Shown here: positions 23,810 through 38,077 of the stretch, one piece after another
Numbering within the stretch: the stretch's first letter is position 1
How the letters are laid out: each line of letters starts with the position of its first letter
Source: Podarcis bocagei
Taxonomy: Eukaryota
Direction: 5' to 3' (one strand)
DNA: 64,000 bases
Assembly: GCA_964188305.1 (NCBI GenBank)
Contig: OZ076892.1
The notes under the pieces: generated by a model
What the model was told of the DNA's origin: nothing
Databases searched by the model: none
Seen by the model: only the letters and a program-made list of their open reading frames with translations
Made by a program: the position numbers and the translations under genes

Positions 23810-25244
23810 TGCAGTAATAGTTTGGGGGAGTGGATTATGAACATTCTGATACTGGCCTCAAAGTGTTATTTTATCCCTCTTTCACAGGCCATACTCTCTC
23901 CATTTCAAGTGGCCCATGCCAGGTATTCCACATGCCCTTTAGCTTGGCCTTTTAATCCTCATTCCTAACAAGAGTGGAACTTAAGTACATTCAACTTTAT
24001 TTGCCTGTGTTATTTCCTTCCTTCCTCTTTTCTCCATTGCATGCCCCAGACTGCAAGCTTTTTGCCTATGTGTCTGTGTGAGGTGAAGATGGGAAGTATT
24101 TGGCATTCCAGATGTTGTTGGGACTATAACATCCATCATCGCTGGCTATGCTGGCTGGGGACAATGTGACTTCAGGAACATCGGGGGGGGGGGGGCACAG
24201 GTTAGCAATCCCTGGTGAAAGGCTCCATGCCCACAGATTATACATTATTCATGCAGCTGCTGCTACTCCATATGAGTGTCAGGATTAGTCAAGAGTGAAG
24301 AAGCATTTCAATGCATCAGCAAAGTTTCCAACACACAACAGGGTGTTTCAATGAAAGTAATTTGCATGGTGTGAGCGTTTCCAGGTTGTCAAGAATGCAA
24401 TTGCAGAAGTCAACGTTGTTGCATAAGATGACTAGAAGAAGTGTTTCCCTTTAATGCTCTGTGGCACCTTTTTTACTCTAGTTCTCAAGAAAAGGGTTGG
24501 AGTGGTGAAAGGCCTGGCCCAGCAGCTGCCATTCCATACCTTCCTTTTATTGTACTGTGTACAGAAAAGGTGGACATATTGGATTTTGCCTTGACTGACT
24601 CTTTTTGTTGTTAAAGCTAAGCTATGAGGCTGAACTAGGTGAAGATTTTGGGGAGGACTAATCAGACAGCCAACACAGCAGTGGCCTTGAGTGTCCCTTT
24701 CTAGCCACCACAGAAGGGATGGCTGAGGACTGATCAAGTTCCACCATGCCATTCTGAGGTGTGAACTTGTTACCCTCCCCCTGTTATTTCTTTAAAATAC
24801 AATTTTTACAGAATTTCCAAAGTACAATTAGGTCTAAACTTGTTGAGCTGACTTCCTATAACTGAGTCATGCAAGATTAAAAAAAAAGAAATCTAGACAA
24901 ACTTTCCTCTGCTTCATTTACAGTCCAAAACAAAAAGCAAAAGGCAGAATGGAATGCCCCAGTCAAGGGCCTGTGAAGGACAGGACCACACTTCAGCTTC
25001 ATTTCATGCAAACAAGAAACATCCCATAAAAAGCAAGGAAGAGGCAGGAGTTCACGTAGGGCCAGCTGGTGACTTCACAGCCAAGGACTCTGGGATTCAT
25101 GATCATAGCCACTCCTCTTATACCTGCTCTAAATTTGACTCCCTCTCCACTGGACACCATCTGCTACCAGCCAGGTGGGGTATCTGAACCCTGGTCTATG
25201 AAGGCATGCACACTTTCCACACAAGAAAGTTTTCCCCTATGAAA

Positions 25245-25250
25245 TTTATT
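25245..25250 (-). terminator. Candidate proximal TANGO6 poly(A) signal
   Basis: AATAAA on - strand ~310 nt after the stop, followed by GU-rich tract; alternatives at 24546 and 23996. Confidence 0.45.
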
Positions 25251-25558
25251 GCATTGTCTGATCCTAGCAGCAGCCCCAAGACAGTCCTTCCCTCCTAAGG
25301 GACACCCTTGAATAAGTGTCAAATTTCTGCAAAATCTGCCCATGGGAGCAATGTTCTAGGCAGGCAATGGTCCAGTCTGCTCTCAGGAGCCACAGCTCAA
25401 GGACCAGCCACTCCCTCATTGCAGACTAGCACTTCTGAGGCCACAGGGGTTCAAGAGCCCAGCTGCTCGGCTCCCAAACCCCACTTCCCTGAGAGACAGT
25501 TCTGAAGTTGTGCCACACAGTAGCAGGAGTCCTCTGATCCACTGGCACTTGTGCTTCC

Positions 25559-25774
<216 letters not shown>

Positions 25775-26440
25775 TCAGGGTTGAGTGTGTGGGAGTGAAC
25801 TATTTGGATCCCTAGTGCCTATAATGCACAGGCAGAGTATGGGAGAGTGTTCTTTCTGAGCACCAAACAAAGGCCAGACTGGCCTCTGCTTTGTCTTGCA
25901 ATGCTTTCTCAATAGTTTCCCACCTTTTTCTGAGGGATCTGATAGCCAGAATATTGTCAGGATGAGGTTCAGGGGGAGGGGGAGAATACCTTTCCGAATT
26001 TCTCCAATCACAGTCTGCATATGGGACAGCCAGGTAATCCCACCCAGACAAGCTTCTCATTAATGCTCAACACATTTTCTGCCTCCTCCACCTCCCACTG
26101 CACCAAGAGAGTTCTGGCCACTGAGCTCCTGCAGCAGGTTGCATCTTGCAACAAACAGGTGGCAGCAGTTCTTCTCCCCTAATGCCTCAACAAATGAAAT
26201 GGATTTGTAAAAATGTTACATGAAAAAAAAATACGAGGCACTACACTTCTGTAAAACAAGAAAATCCTGAATAAAATAAAAAAAAATTAAAAAACAGGTG
26301 GCAGCAGATTCTGAAAGCAGAAACTTTTATAGACGGCTTGCTGGAGACTGCCTGATGAATGCTCACTTCCGAAATAAGGCAAAGCCCTGTGGCTTCTTGT
26401 GCCCACATATCCACCATAGCAGATCAAAGCCTGGCTATGG

Positions 26441-26623
26441 GAACATAGGAAGCAACCTTATATGGAGTCAGATCATTGGTCCATCTAGCTCAGTATTGTC
26501 AACGCTGACTGGTAGCAGCTCTCCCAAGTTTCAAACTGGGTTTCCTTCCAGCCCTATGCAGAAATGCCCAGGATTGCACCTGGGACCTTCTGCATGCAAA
26601 GCTGATGATCTACCACTGAGCTC
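26441..26623 (-). mobile_element. Squam2-like SINE, near full length
   Basis: Tail GAACATAGGAAGC... to head CTACCACTGAGCT. Confidence 0.8.
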
Positions 26624-29533
26624 AGGCACTTCCCCAATATAGGATAGGTAGCCTTTGCCCCTGTTGAAGGTGTGACACCACTTCCTTTTCTGCAACACCA
26701 TAGGAAAACACCTCCAGCAGGAAAGCATTGCATCAGTCTGGGAGATTCCCTCTTATTCCTAGGAACAACTGAGGTCATGATAGTGAGCTGTTAGAATGCT
26801 TATTCTACACCAGGAAAAGAAACACCCATTGGAGAGGCAGAGTTATGTGCAATGTCCAAAAGAACCTTTCATGCCCCAGAATCCATTCAGCTGTCCAACC
26901 AACTGAGGTTAAAGGGCTCCCTTTGCAGCTGCCTGTCAGAAAATACTTTTGTCTAGATCTGTGCTAGAAAATTCCGTAAGCCTGATCTGGTCCCCAGAGC
27001 AATGTTAGCTGGCCCCTTGTAGACCTGTCACAGTCTAGTCAAGGTGTGATAAAATGTTTATAACAGGTAAGAGCAAGGAATTAGTATACACCCATCTATC
27101 ATCTTTTGGATTCTGAACCTAAGGTGCCACCACTCTGCCTCCAGAGTTGTGCTCTACACACTCTTCTGCTTTGCCCAGGCTTCATTACAGACCCTGAGCA
27201 CCTGAGATTAATTTGTGTAGTGAAAACACACTGCTGACCCTTGAACTACTGTACAGAGCTACCTGGTAGCAGGTAATGGAGCTTGCAATGATCTAAACAG
27301 AGTTGCCTTGCTGCATGACACATTGAGAAAAGATAATGGTGATTTCCCAGAACTTTCAATGTTGGGAAAACAAAACAGCAAAAAAGAAAACGAAAGTCAG
27401 TAAAAGCCAGAAAGCTGCAGATGGGAATCTGCACCGGGTCAAAACTTGCAAAATTGCAGCCATGATTGTGCTGGAGGTGAGAAGGAAACTCTTGTGCTGG
27501 TTCAGTTCCAGTTTGGAATGAGGGCTCCCGTCCTCATTTTCTCCTGAGGTGCAGAGCTGTCCAGAGCCCAACAGGAAAAGAGTCCACTGGCATGAGGATG
27601 CAATGGGGTCACAAGGCAAAGAGTTTTGCTCAGCCTGAAAAGTTCCCAATTTCAGCATGAGCTTGTAGAGGGGCATTTGCTGAGAGAGCCACAGGAGCAA
27701 CCAAATTGTGGGCCTGGCCTGCAAAGGTGTGTGCATTCGCAGAGGGCTGGATTCCCCCCCCCCCTTGAAAGGCAGTTGGAGAGTGACTTGTGCATAAATG
27801 CCCTTTTCATTTCAGGTGCCTGGCACTGAGGCTTCTGCCTGTCCAAAGGTAGAAAGAGAAGCAGCCTTGCCAAAGAAACAGCACTGCTGTGCAGGAGAGG
27901 CAGAGTCAAGCAGCTTCTCTCAGAGCCCAGCATGGCTAGCCCATCCCCACAGGGCTAGGAGCGAAGGTAGAAAGGAGCAGGAGGAAGAAGACACAGTCCC
28001 TGGGCTTCCTGGATGGGGCACTCCCCAGTGTCCTGCCAAAAGAGATCCGCTGGTGGCAGCTTGCCCAGGGCTCCTGGCCTGCACCTGGCCAACCATGCCA
28101 AGGCAGCTCCACCTGATGCTGCTGCACTTTGAAACTCAGGTGGGCAGTCTGTAGAAGCCGCAAGTCCCAGCAGGCCTCATTCACTATACACAGCCTCAAT
28201 ACAAGGAATACATCCCAAACCCTCAGTTTGGCAACTTGCTTATTTCCTTTGGGAAGTTTGCTGATTGTTTTGAAATGTTTACTATTAACCATGCAGAGGC
28301 TCTAATGGAGTAACATTCATCTCCTATTCTTAAAAGGAAGTGGCCTGTGACACCATTATTGGGTTGGGGGCAGAGAGAAACTTTGAAATAAAAAATGAAC
28401 AATTTATGTTATGGAATAATGGGGAAAGGGATTAAAATCCAAAAACCCTCCCCCAAAATACTCCTGCTCAATTAAGACATGAAGATTTTCATTTCTCTGC
28501 TGCTACTCTGCAAATGTTTTATACCTGTTTGACAATGTCAGGGAAACTGCATGTATATTGTATCTTTGAGCTCCAATGATATAAATTGGGTTTGGTACTG
28601 GCAGTCTAGTAAATACTAAAAAAAATAATCAAAATATTTCCAAATGTCTTTTCCCTTTAAAAACTGCAAGGGGGATAATGCTTCCTATGCTTTCAAAACT
28701 TTAGGAGGCGTTTCCACCTCTCATTGTGTCGTTCATTCAAGGTCACTTCCACCCTCTGTAATAATCAAGGACAAGAGTGCAACAGCAGCAACAAGCTGAG
28801 AATATGGCTGGAGAGAAATCCTAGCAGGAACAGAATTTCCTGGGCCTGAATGGTGCTTCTACTGCCCTTTGCCTCAACTTGGGAGGCAATTCACCTTGGA
28901 AGGGCACCAGGGCAGTTCTAGAAGGCCACACCTTTCATTGACTGCCTGCAGCAACAATCAGATGAACATGATTCTTGTAATCTTTTTTCCAGTGAGTCAA
29001 TGGTAGTTGCAAATGAAATTCCCACTGCTCAGAGCCAACTTCTGGGATAGAACCAGCTGTGGCAGTCTGAGCCTTGCTGCAAGGATGCTGCCCACACAGG
29101 AAAAGGGAAGAGGCAGCCTTCAGTCTGCTGCCGGAAAGCTAGTCGTTTATTTTGTGAAGGTGGCTTAATGTGTACAGACCTTAATGGGTCTTATTCTGAG
29201 TAAAAGACTGTTTGCTCTTGAGTATAGGCTTTCACTTTCAGTACTGAAAGAGGTTCTGTTGCTAGGCTATAGAGGGGAGAAGACCTACAGTTGAGACAAT
29301 TTTCACAACATAAATGGTGGCTTCTGGACACCAGCTCAAGGTGCGCCTCTCCTTTTACTTTTTGTCCATTTTCTTCGGTGTTGCCCCCACTCCACTTCTC
29401 TTCACACAGGGCACTTGCAGGGCAAAGCACAGCTCTGGCCCTAGGGGGAGTGGGGAAAAACTTTTACCTCCAGTCTCAACCATAAAAGCAGAGGAGCCTG
29501 GGCTACAGAGCATCTCTCTTTTGGGCAGAATCA

Positions 29534-29668
<135 letters not shown>

Positions 29669-30486
29669 TCAGACAGATAAAGTCATAGGCCCTATTAGGA
29701 CAGGCAGACTACTTTGCCCACCTGTGATGGGCTGGGGACTCAGGAGTGCCTGCACAGCAAACCTGAGCGCAAAATCAAAGCCCACCACACCAGAACAGTC
29801 AAGAGAATAGGAGGTTGAGAAAATGATCTTTCCAGCCCAACCTAAAGACTGAACCTGGGACCTTCTGCATGCAAAGCAGATGCTCTGCCATTGAGGGACA
29901 GCCTTTGCTCTAAAACCCCTTGTGGAATGCTGCACTAAGGAAACTTAAGTGAGAGAGGAAGAAGTTTTCTTCCCCATCTTGGTGGGAAGGGTCAATATTG
30001 CAAACTCCTGAACGAAGGCAGCTTCTCCTTCCTTGGAGCTTATTCACATTTGTGGCATGGAAACTGCCACCCAGCTTGTGATGAGTGGGCAGAACTCCTG
30101 TTTCCTGGCCTCCAAGGAGGTCCCTGCTGCTGGTTCTGAAACTGGCAGAGAAGCCTCTGCCCTGCACAGAATTCCCCACTGTAGCCTCCTTCCTTCAGCT
30201 CAAGGGCAGCATTTCCCCCTCCCCCTCTGCAGCAGATCCTGCTGAATCAGCTGGCACCTGGCCCGCTGCAGAGCCAGAAGCATCCTTCTCTCTCTCCCTC
30301 CTCACACATAGAAAAGTGCGGCTTGAAATCTGCACCAAGCCACCCACCTCCTCCCTGTGTGCTGCTGTAGATGCACAGCAGCTATAGCAATAGGCAGCAT
30401 CAGAGCTGTCATGCACAGCTCCTGACACCAAGAGGGCATTCACACCTCCTGCTATTCCAGCTTCAGCACTGCAGGAAGGAGGAGGG

Positions 30487-30708
30487 GAAGCAGCTTAGTG
30501 GTGGAGAGCACCTGCTTTGCATGCAAAAGGCGCCTTGTTCAATCCTGCCAGGTGACACCTCTCTAATTAAAATAATCTCACATATGTAGCAGGTGATGAG
30601 CAAGCTTTCTTTTTTTGCTCAATACCCTGGAGAGCCTGCTGCTGTTCAGAGCAGACACTGCTGAGCTAGACAGACAAAGGGTCTGACCTGCTACATAAGG
30701 CTGCTTCC
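30487..30708 (+). mobile_element. Squam2-like SINE
   Basis: AGCTTAGTGGTGGAGAGCACCTGCTTTGCATGCA head; CTGAGCTAGA...ATAAGGCTGCTTCC tail. Confidence 0.7.
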
Positions 30709-31593
30709 AATGCGCCCAGCAGGATTCTTTCAAACCTTTGTGGGAATGAAGCTTATGATCATTTTACCTAGATACCCCATAATGTGTTTTCTTAATGAAT
30801 AAAAAACCCCAGCCTATTTTACTCACAGCTATTGAGGACAAAGGTTGTGTACGCACTATGTCTTTAAGGCACATTCAAAGCACACAGACCCACACACCTC
30901 AAATAAACTTGGGGACTGGTTTGTTAAGGGTTGCTGGGATTTGTAATACTGTGAGGGATCAATAATAGGGCCCAGAATTCTTTGAGGGAAAGAAGGTGAT
31001 TTGGATGTGCTTCAAAGGTATAGTGTGAACACAGTGGTCCAATTATGGACTTCTTTTCCACCCCATAGCCCTTTTCACATATACGTATGGGTGGCTTGCA
31101 GTTTCTCACCTGTGGTAGCAATTAGGATGTCATTCTGGTTTAACTAAACACCAAACAAAAGGCTGCAATGTGTAGTGTATGTCTCTGCAGATTAGTTAAC
31201 CCTGGACAGAGCTTCCATCAGGTTTCTCAACCCAGCAGGAGGGCCAGGGTCAGGTGACCCTGAAATGGCACACAACATGCCTCTGAACTTATTATCCTTG
31301 GAGGTAGCCCCCAAAAGCATTACTGTGCAGAATTCAGAGAACTGATCCCTCCTGCCTGTGAATACCAAGATGTACCTGCCTGGTGGGCACGTATTTCCAT
31401 GGCACCCATCTCCATAGCACCGAAGTGCATCATTGGACGCAAGAGCATTCACAGCCCTGCTCCAGCTAGTTGTTGGAGAAGTGGCAGAGGGCAAATGGAA
31501 AACACAGACTTCTTGGCTGTTAAGGGTCCATTCAGCAACCTTCCAGAAAGCAAAAGGCACATCCTAGCTTCCAGTAAGCCTTACTTACTAGGT

Positions 31594-31846
31594 CAGGGGT
31601 AGGCAACCTAAGGTCCGTATGCCAGATGTGGCCCAATCGCCTTCTCAATCCGGCCTGTGGACAGTCTGGGAATCAGTGTGTTTTTACATGAGAAGAATGT
31701 GTCTTTTTATTTAAAATGCATCTCTGGATTATTTGTGGGGCATAAGAATTCGTTCACACACACACACTCCCAAATATAGTCCAGCCCACCACATGGTCTG
31801 AGGGACAGTGGACCAGCCCACAGCTGAAAAAGGTTGCTGACCCCTG
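31594..31846. mobile_element. hAT (Charlie-like) MITE
   Basis: TIRs CAGGGGTAGGCAACCT ... AGGTTGCTGACCCCTG; degenerate 8-bp TSD TACTAGGT/TACCAGAT. Confidence 0.8.
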
Positions 31847-31896
31847 TACCAGATACTTAGCATTGTGTTTGGCCTGTGGCTCTCATCTCTGCAAAG

Positions 31897-32322
31897 GAAG
31901 CTGCCTTTTACCAAGTCAGATCATTGGGTCCATCTGGCTCAGTCCTATCTGCAGTGAACAGCAGAGGCTCTCTAGGTTTCAGACAGGGATATTCCCAGCC
32001 CTGGCTAGAGACCCCAGGGGTTGAATTTGGAGCCCTTCTGCATGCAAAGCAGATGCTCTACCACTGAGCTACGGAGGAGGAGAAAATACAGATACAAAAA
32101 CCCAGGAGAGGTTGGGGAGACTGAAGTAGGGTTGTGACTCATTGATAGAGCATTGGCTTTGCAGGCAGAAGGTCCCTGGTTCAGTTCCTGGCGTCTCTTA
32201 GTAGGGCTGGGGACGTCTCCTGTCATAGGCCCTATTAGGGCCCTGCAGAGGTGATGCCAGTCAGAACAGACAATGTTGAGCTAGATGGGCCAATAGCCTG
32301 ACTTGGTATGAGGCAGGTGTTC
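31897..32322. mobile_element. Two head-to-head Squam2-like SINEs (31897-32074 -, ~32128-32322 +)
   Basis: Opposed tRNA-Ala heads ~55 bp apart. Confidence 0.7.
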
Positions 32323-32863
32323 CACAGCTTGACACAGAAATGCATGGTTGTGAGTGTTCTGTCCCTGGAGCACCCAGTTGTGGCTCTGATGGACTTAACC
32401 TTGAAAGACACCAGTCAAACTGCCCATGTTTAATGGAAGATACCCAATTATCAAACAGCACAGGACAGTGGAGAGTGTATTAGTGGGCAGAAGGCGAAAG
32501 GCACTGGAAAGCGTTACGCTGTCTGAAAAAAAGAAGTCTGTGAGAATGCCCTACAGCGGCCTTCCCCAACACAGTGCCCTCCAGATGCTTTGAACTGCAA
32601 CACTCATCTGTCCCAGTATCACATGACTGTGCTGCCTGGGGCTAATGGGAGTCTAAAACATCTACCTGGAGTGCACTAGGCAGAGGGAGTATGTCGAAGG
32701 GGCTCTCAGAAGCCAAAGAGGCAAAAGGAATTCATAGCATGGGGGGTATTTACCAGCACTAATCAGGCCACAGGTTTCCATTTGGGAGGAAGTTATATAA
32801 GCCACCCTTTCCAAGCATGCCACCCCAGTAGCCTGCCATGTTCCAGTAACAGCAAAAGCTTTA

Positions 32864-33079
<216 letters not shown>

Positions 33080-34400
33080 TTAAGTCACTCACCTTTTGCA
33101 AAACAGAGCTCTGTGCTATGGAGAAGAAATAGACAAAGAGATTGAGAATGTATTAAACCTGTCACCCATGAAAAATACATAAAACTCTTGTTAAGCAAGA
33201 GCTTTGGCTGGTTGGGGGTCAGCACTGTTGATATCTCTTGGGGAAAAGTGGCCTGTTCCATGGAGGACACAACGAGATGGGCAGAGATAAGGAGCCAAGG
33301 ACAAATGGAGATCCCAGGCTTTTGGTGCGTTGCCACCTCCTTTCCATCAGCAATGCTTTTCCGACTCACGTGTAAACCACCAGACAGTGCAGGTGGTTGG
33401 AAGAGGATAGCTCTGCTGGAGGTGGCAGCGTCACACAGCCTGGACAATAAAGCTGTGGTGGTTTAAATTGAAAACTTATCTATCACATGGCAATGAGCTG
33501 CAGCTCCAGTCTAGAAGTCACCTTGGCCAGCGGTGCTCTGCTATCGACCAGTCAAGATCACACGCTTTGGCGAGTGTTCACAGCTGACCAGGCGCCTGGC
33601 CCATCTGCACAACCCCCCCCCCTTCTTATGCAACCATCCACTGGCCCGTGGCTCAGAGCGGCAGCTGTCAGCATGTGTGCCCATGGGCATCTACAATGTG
33701 ACGCCAATTTCCTGGACTCACCTCTGACCTCTGATCTGTGGGCAGCCCAGCCTCTTGTGGCTTCTGTGCAGAAGGATCCCCAGCCAGTTCTAGCTAATGA
33801 CCTAGGGATTTTTGTTGCACCTTCTGAGCAGGTTCCCAGGATGGCTGGTCAGGCAGCCACCTGTTAGGAAAGGTGATGTTTCTTATTGCCCCCAATTCCT
33901 CTTCTCTGCCCAGAAGAGGAATCCTGAAGTCAATTCTTGCTGACTTGGGAGCAGATTTTTCTCTTACTGAGAGAGAGAGAGAAAGAGTAAGAGTGTCTGG
34001 GACTTTGCAGTGCTGCTCACCCTGACCCAACAAGCAGCACTCCTAGCAGATACATGAACAGCTGCTGGTGCAAAAAGCTCATTATTTTCAGGGAAGGAGT
34101 GATGTGAACTTTGACCCGGAAGGATGTTTTCAATTCTGCTCACACTACTGCTTGCCCTTACTTCCCCATCTATAAAATGGGAGGAAGGACACTTCCAAAG
34201 TGACTCTGGTTACAGGGGCTGAAAGGCTCCAGTCCAGCCCTCTTAATCTTTGCAGTCAGTTATGGACCACAATGCTGCAAAAGTCCCTGGGATTTTGTAG
34301 TGAGTAGGGCTGTGGGTGTGGAAGTAGCCATATTCCTGTGTCTCAAAATGGTTGCTGTTAAGATGCCCAAACTCAGAACCAAGAAGAACAAACCCATGTA

Positions 34401-34748
34401 AAAAGGATCTAGGGGTCTTGGTAGACCACAGGCTTAATGTAAGTCAACAATGTGAAAAAGGTATCACAGTTTAGGAAGGACATTGGCAAGCTTGAATGTG
34501 TGCAAAGGAGAACAACCAAGATGATAAAAGGACTAGAAGTCAAGCCTTATGAGGAACACTTGAGGGAGCTGGGTATGTTTAGCCTAGAAAAGAGAAGCCG
34601 TTTTTAAATACCTGAAGGGCTGTCACATGGAGGATGGATCAAACTAGTTTTGTGCTGCTCCAGAGGATGGGACCTGAACCAATGGATTCAAATTACAAGA
34701 AAGGACAGCAAGAGCTATTCAACAGTAGAATGAATTACCTCAGAAGGT
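34401..34748 (+). mobile_element. CR1 LINE ORF2 3' fragment, decayed
   Basis: GGATCTAGGGGTCTTGGTAGACCACAGGCTTAA; CCTTATGAGGAA...GGGAGCTGGGTATGTTTAGCCTAGAAAAGAGAAG are typical CR1 ORF2 motifs. Confidence 0.8.
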
Positions 34749-37700
34749 AACAGAATAGAATGTGGCTGTCCTGTCAGTCCCAAGGGGGTCGGGCAGAAGG
34801 TAACATCATGCCTTTTACTAACAACACCAATTTAATGCCAGTCTAAGAGTATGCCAGCTTTCTTTCAAGTTTCACAAAATTATTCATCAGAGAATGGAGA
34901 GGAAGCAAATATACACAACTGGGATTTCTGTTTGCCCATTCAGAGGCCACAGCAGACCAAGTGCATTAGAAACAGCAAAGCATGTGAAAACTAGAGTGAG
35001 CAATCCGATTGTGCTCCTTAACCCATGACACAGAACAGCAAAGGGCAACAAGTCTAAAAGGAAGAGCCAGAAGACTTTTGCTCTGTGGCAACTGCTCCCC
35101 CACCCGCTGCCGCTGTGACTAAGTAGAACCAGTGGGGTGTGCAAACTTGCTGCTGCAGAAATATTGGGTGGGTGGGGGGAGCACAATGAGGCAGGACTGA
35201 ATGTGGGTTTATTCAAGCACTCAGACAAGAACAAGAGTTACATGACAGGCCACTTCTGCACTGGATACACCCTGGCGCTTCCTGCCACACTGTGGGGCAG
35301 GCACAGGATGAAAGGGTAATCCCTTAATTTTCATTAGCCGCCTCTCTGGTTCCCCCTGAATTCCAAAGCATACAAATCCTGCCCCCCACTGATCTTTGTC
35401 TCACCTGCATGTCAATGGGACAAAAGGCACACATATATGCATCTGCCCTGAAGGGGCTTCAGCCATGGGGGAGGAGTGGGGGAGGGATGCCAGCTGAGGG
35501 TACCTCTGCTGCTGCACAGTTACAACCTTTGCTCTGTTTTCTCAACTCTTAAGCTAAGAACCAACCTCAAATTCTGTATCTTGAACAACTTGTGCACAGT
35601 AAGCAGAATCTTGTAGATATCTTTATTCCACAAAAATCCATTTTGGCTCTGTGACCAGCACAAGCCCAGCTTTGGTCTCAGGTACCAGCTGCCTTTGCAC
35701 ACACATTTTCAAGCTGTAAAGTCTATAGTGGTAGTACTTGGGGTGAGATGGGGAGCTGTCTACTCTGCTGAAGGAAATTAGCTTGCATCCCTTGTAACTG
35801 TTAACCCCCCCCCCCTTGGTGGGATGCAAGGCCTGCAGTGCACCAACCCACCCAGGGTGTCAGAAGCATCTCCCTCTCAGGCGCCCCTAGACAGCTGAGG
35901 AGGAGGAGGTCTAATTATTATGACTCTTGCCTACGAAAGCAGCACTTTGCCTGGATCAGGAGCTGAATGAACAAAGCAGGTTCCCTCCCAGCCCCCTCCC
36001 CCATGCAGTGAATGATCCCTGAATAAGAAGAGGAAGTGTCTCAGCTGACATCCTGGGGGAAGGTTTAATGTGTTTAAACTCAATTGATAATGCAAATCCT
36101 TCAGCAATGCCTGGAAGGGGGAGAGGAGAAGCACCTCTTTCCTCCCCACCCCAAGAGAAGAAAAATGAGACTACACAGGCACATATAAGCCACAGTTCTA
36201 GCTGCCTCCCCCCCAACTCCTGAAGTTACACACAACAGGGGTCAGGTTGCACAGATTCCCTTTCCTTCCTTAACCGTTCCAGCCAGCTGACAGATCTCAA
36301 CTTGTCTTCAGCTTTCTGCTGCCTGAAGAAGAAAATCTGCTTTCTAATGAGGGCTGACATGAAAGCAGCAGAACTGTTGCAAACCAGCCGCTCCCTCCTG
36401 GGATGCAGGCGGTCTGCTTGCGCAGGAGTTGTCCCTTTGCAAAAGGCATCCCAGAGCTTAGGGCATTTGCTGCAGTCAAGACCTGCAGGGCAGGGTTCGC
36501 CTAGGCACCCCACCTCCCATCCTCTGGTCCTCCTCCTTCCCAGAGCATCACTGGAGTCCTTCTCCTCAGCAACAGATGCATCTGTGCCATGATAGAGCAG
36601 ATGGGTCAAAATTAGGCCCCTTTTGCTTCCAGCAGTAAGTCATAGTTTTGTAGTGGTGCAACTCTCGCTATTACACTGCCACAAAGGCAGAATAACCAAC
36701 ATTACTTTGGAAAGGTTTTCCTCCACACCAGAGATACCAATATCCAGAGGTGCAGGAGGGTTTTTGCCACAGCCAGCACTCCCTTCAGCCGTTTGGAGCA
36801 GAGACAACCCCAAAGCAAAGCAAATCCCAGAAAAGATTAGCAGCAGGGGGTGGGGAAGGAAATCCAGTGATTTTTAAGAATAGAGAGCACAGTCTTAAAT
36901 AGTGCTATAGTGTTGAAAAATGTGAAGACGTACAAAACACTTTGGTTTAATTTGGTCTATAAATAGACAGACTAGTTGGTGCATGCCAAATAGGGGGCTG
37001 TGCTGACAGCGGTGCAAGAACCAGGGTGGGTAGGAGTGGCACAGGCCGGGAGTGAAGTATGACACCTCAGGAGCCTCAAGAGACCCTCATTCAGATCAGC
37101 AGCCCCACACCCATAATGTATGACCAAGCAGTGGGAGAAGCCACAACACACACAGCCTCATAGCTGCAGTCCCCAAGGGTGCTGGGGTGTGGGTGGGTGG
37201 GTGGGTTTGTGTGTCAAAGCCCAGGGCTGTTGTCGGGGGGGGGGGTCAGGGGGCTTGAGCTCCAAGTCTTTTGCCCTGGGGTGATATCTCCTGTAACTTC
37301 TCCCCTTTATTTTTTTAAATTACTCCCCCTCTGAAACTTAGCCTCAGTTTGCATTAGCACATGCAGATTTGTATCATGGGCCTGGGGCCTCAAAATCCTT
37401 TTAAGTCAATCACTGAGCACCTAAGTGGCCAAAGTGCTTCCATTCATTAAAAAACCCCAAAAAACTTCTAGAAGATTAACAATAAAAAGCAATGGGAAAA
37501 GGGCAGAAAGATAAGAAAATTGTGACTGGAAAAGTCTTCCTGATGTTTAGCTGACTAGGAAGGACAGGGACCACCCCCCTTCCCCCAAAAAAGCACTCTT
37601 GCTGGGGGCAGGGAAAGCAGGAGCGAGCAGCACCTTGAAAAGAAAAAGAAAGAAAAGAGATACAAACAGGAGGGTAAAGCCCTGACACACAGGGGAGCAA

Positions 37701-37972
37701 TTATGCTATTATCTTTAAAGAAAGGGCCCTTTGCCAGCAGCAACTCATCAGTGAGCCAAGAGAATTTTCCAGCAGATGAGGTGTCTGAGTGCACCTTCTT
37801 TCTACCTGCAAGAAGAAAAAGCAGCTGCACAGACCAGGCACAGCGGGGGGGGGGGGAGTAAAGGGTGCACCAATCACTGCCAAAAGGGCAACATAGCACC
37901 AAAAGGGCCATATGCTCTACCTTCACAATTGGAGTTAGTATATGTTTTTGGGGGACCTAACCAGAAGCCCAG

Positions 37973-38077
37973 AAGTGTCTTCGGACAGCACTGGCTCCCA
38001 GCCTCTAGAGTGAGATGAGCGCACAACCCTAGAGTCTGTCAAGACTGGCCCGTACCGGCAGGGGTACCTTTACCTTT
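37973..38077 (+). mobile_element. 5'-truncated Sauria SINE (Squam1)
   Basis: GAGATGAGCGCACAACCCTAGAGTC...CAGGGGTACCTTTACCTTT tail; 18-bp TSD ACCTAACCAGAAGCCCAG. Confidence 0.85.
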
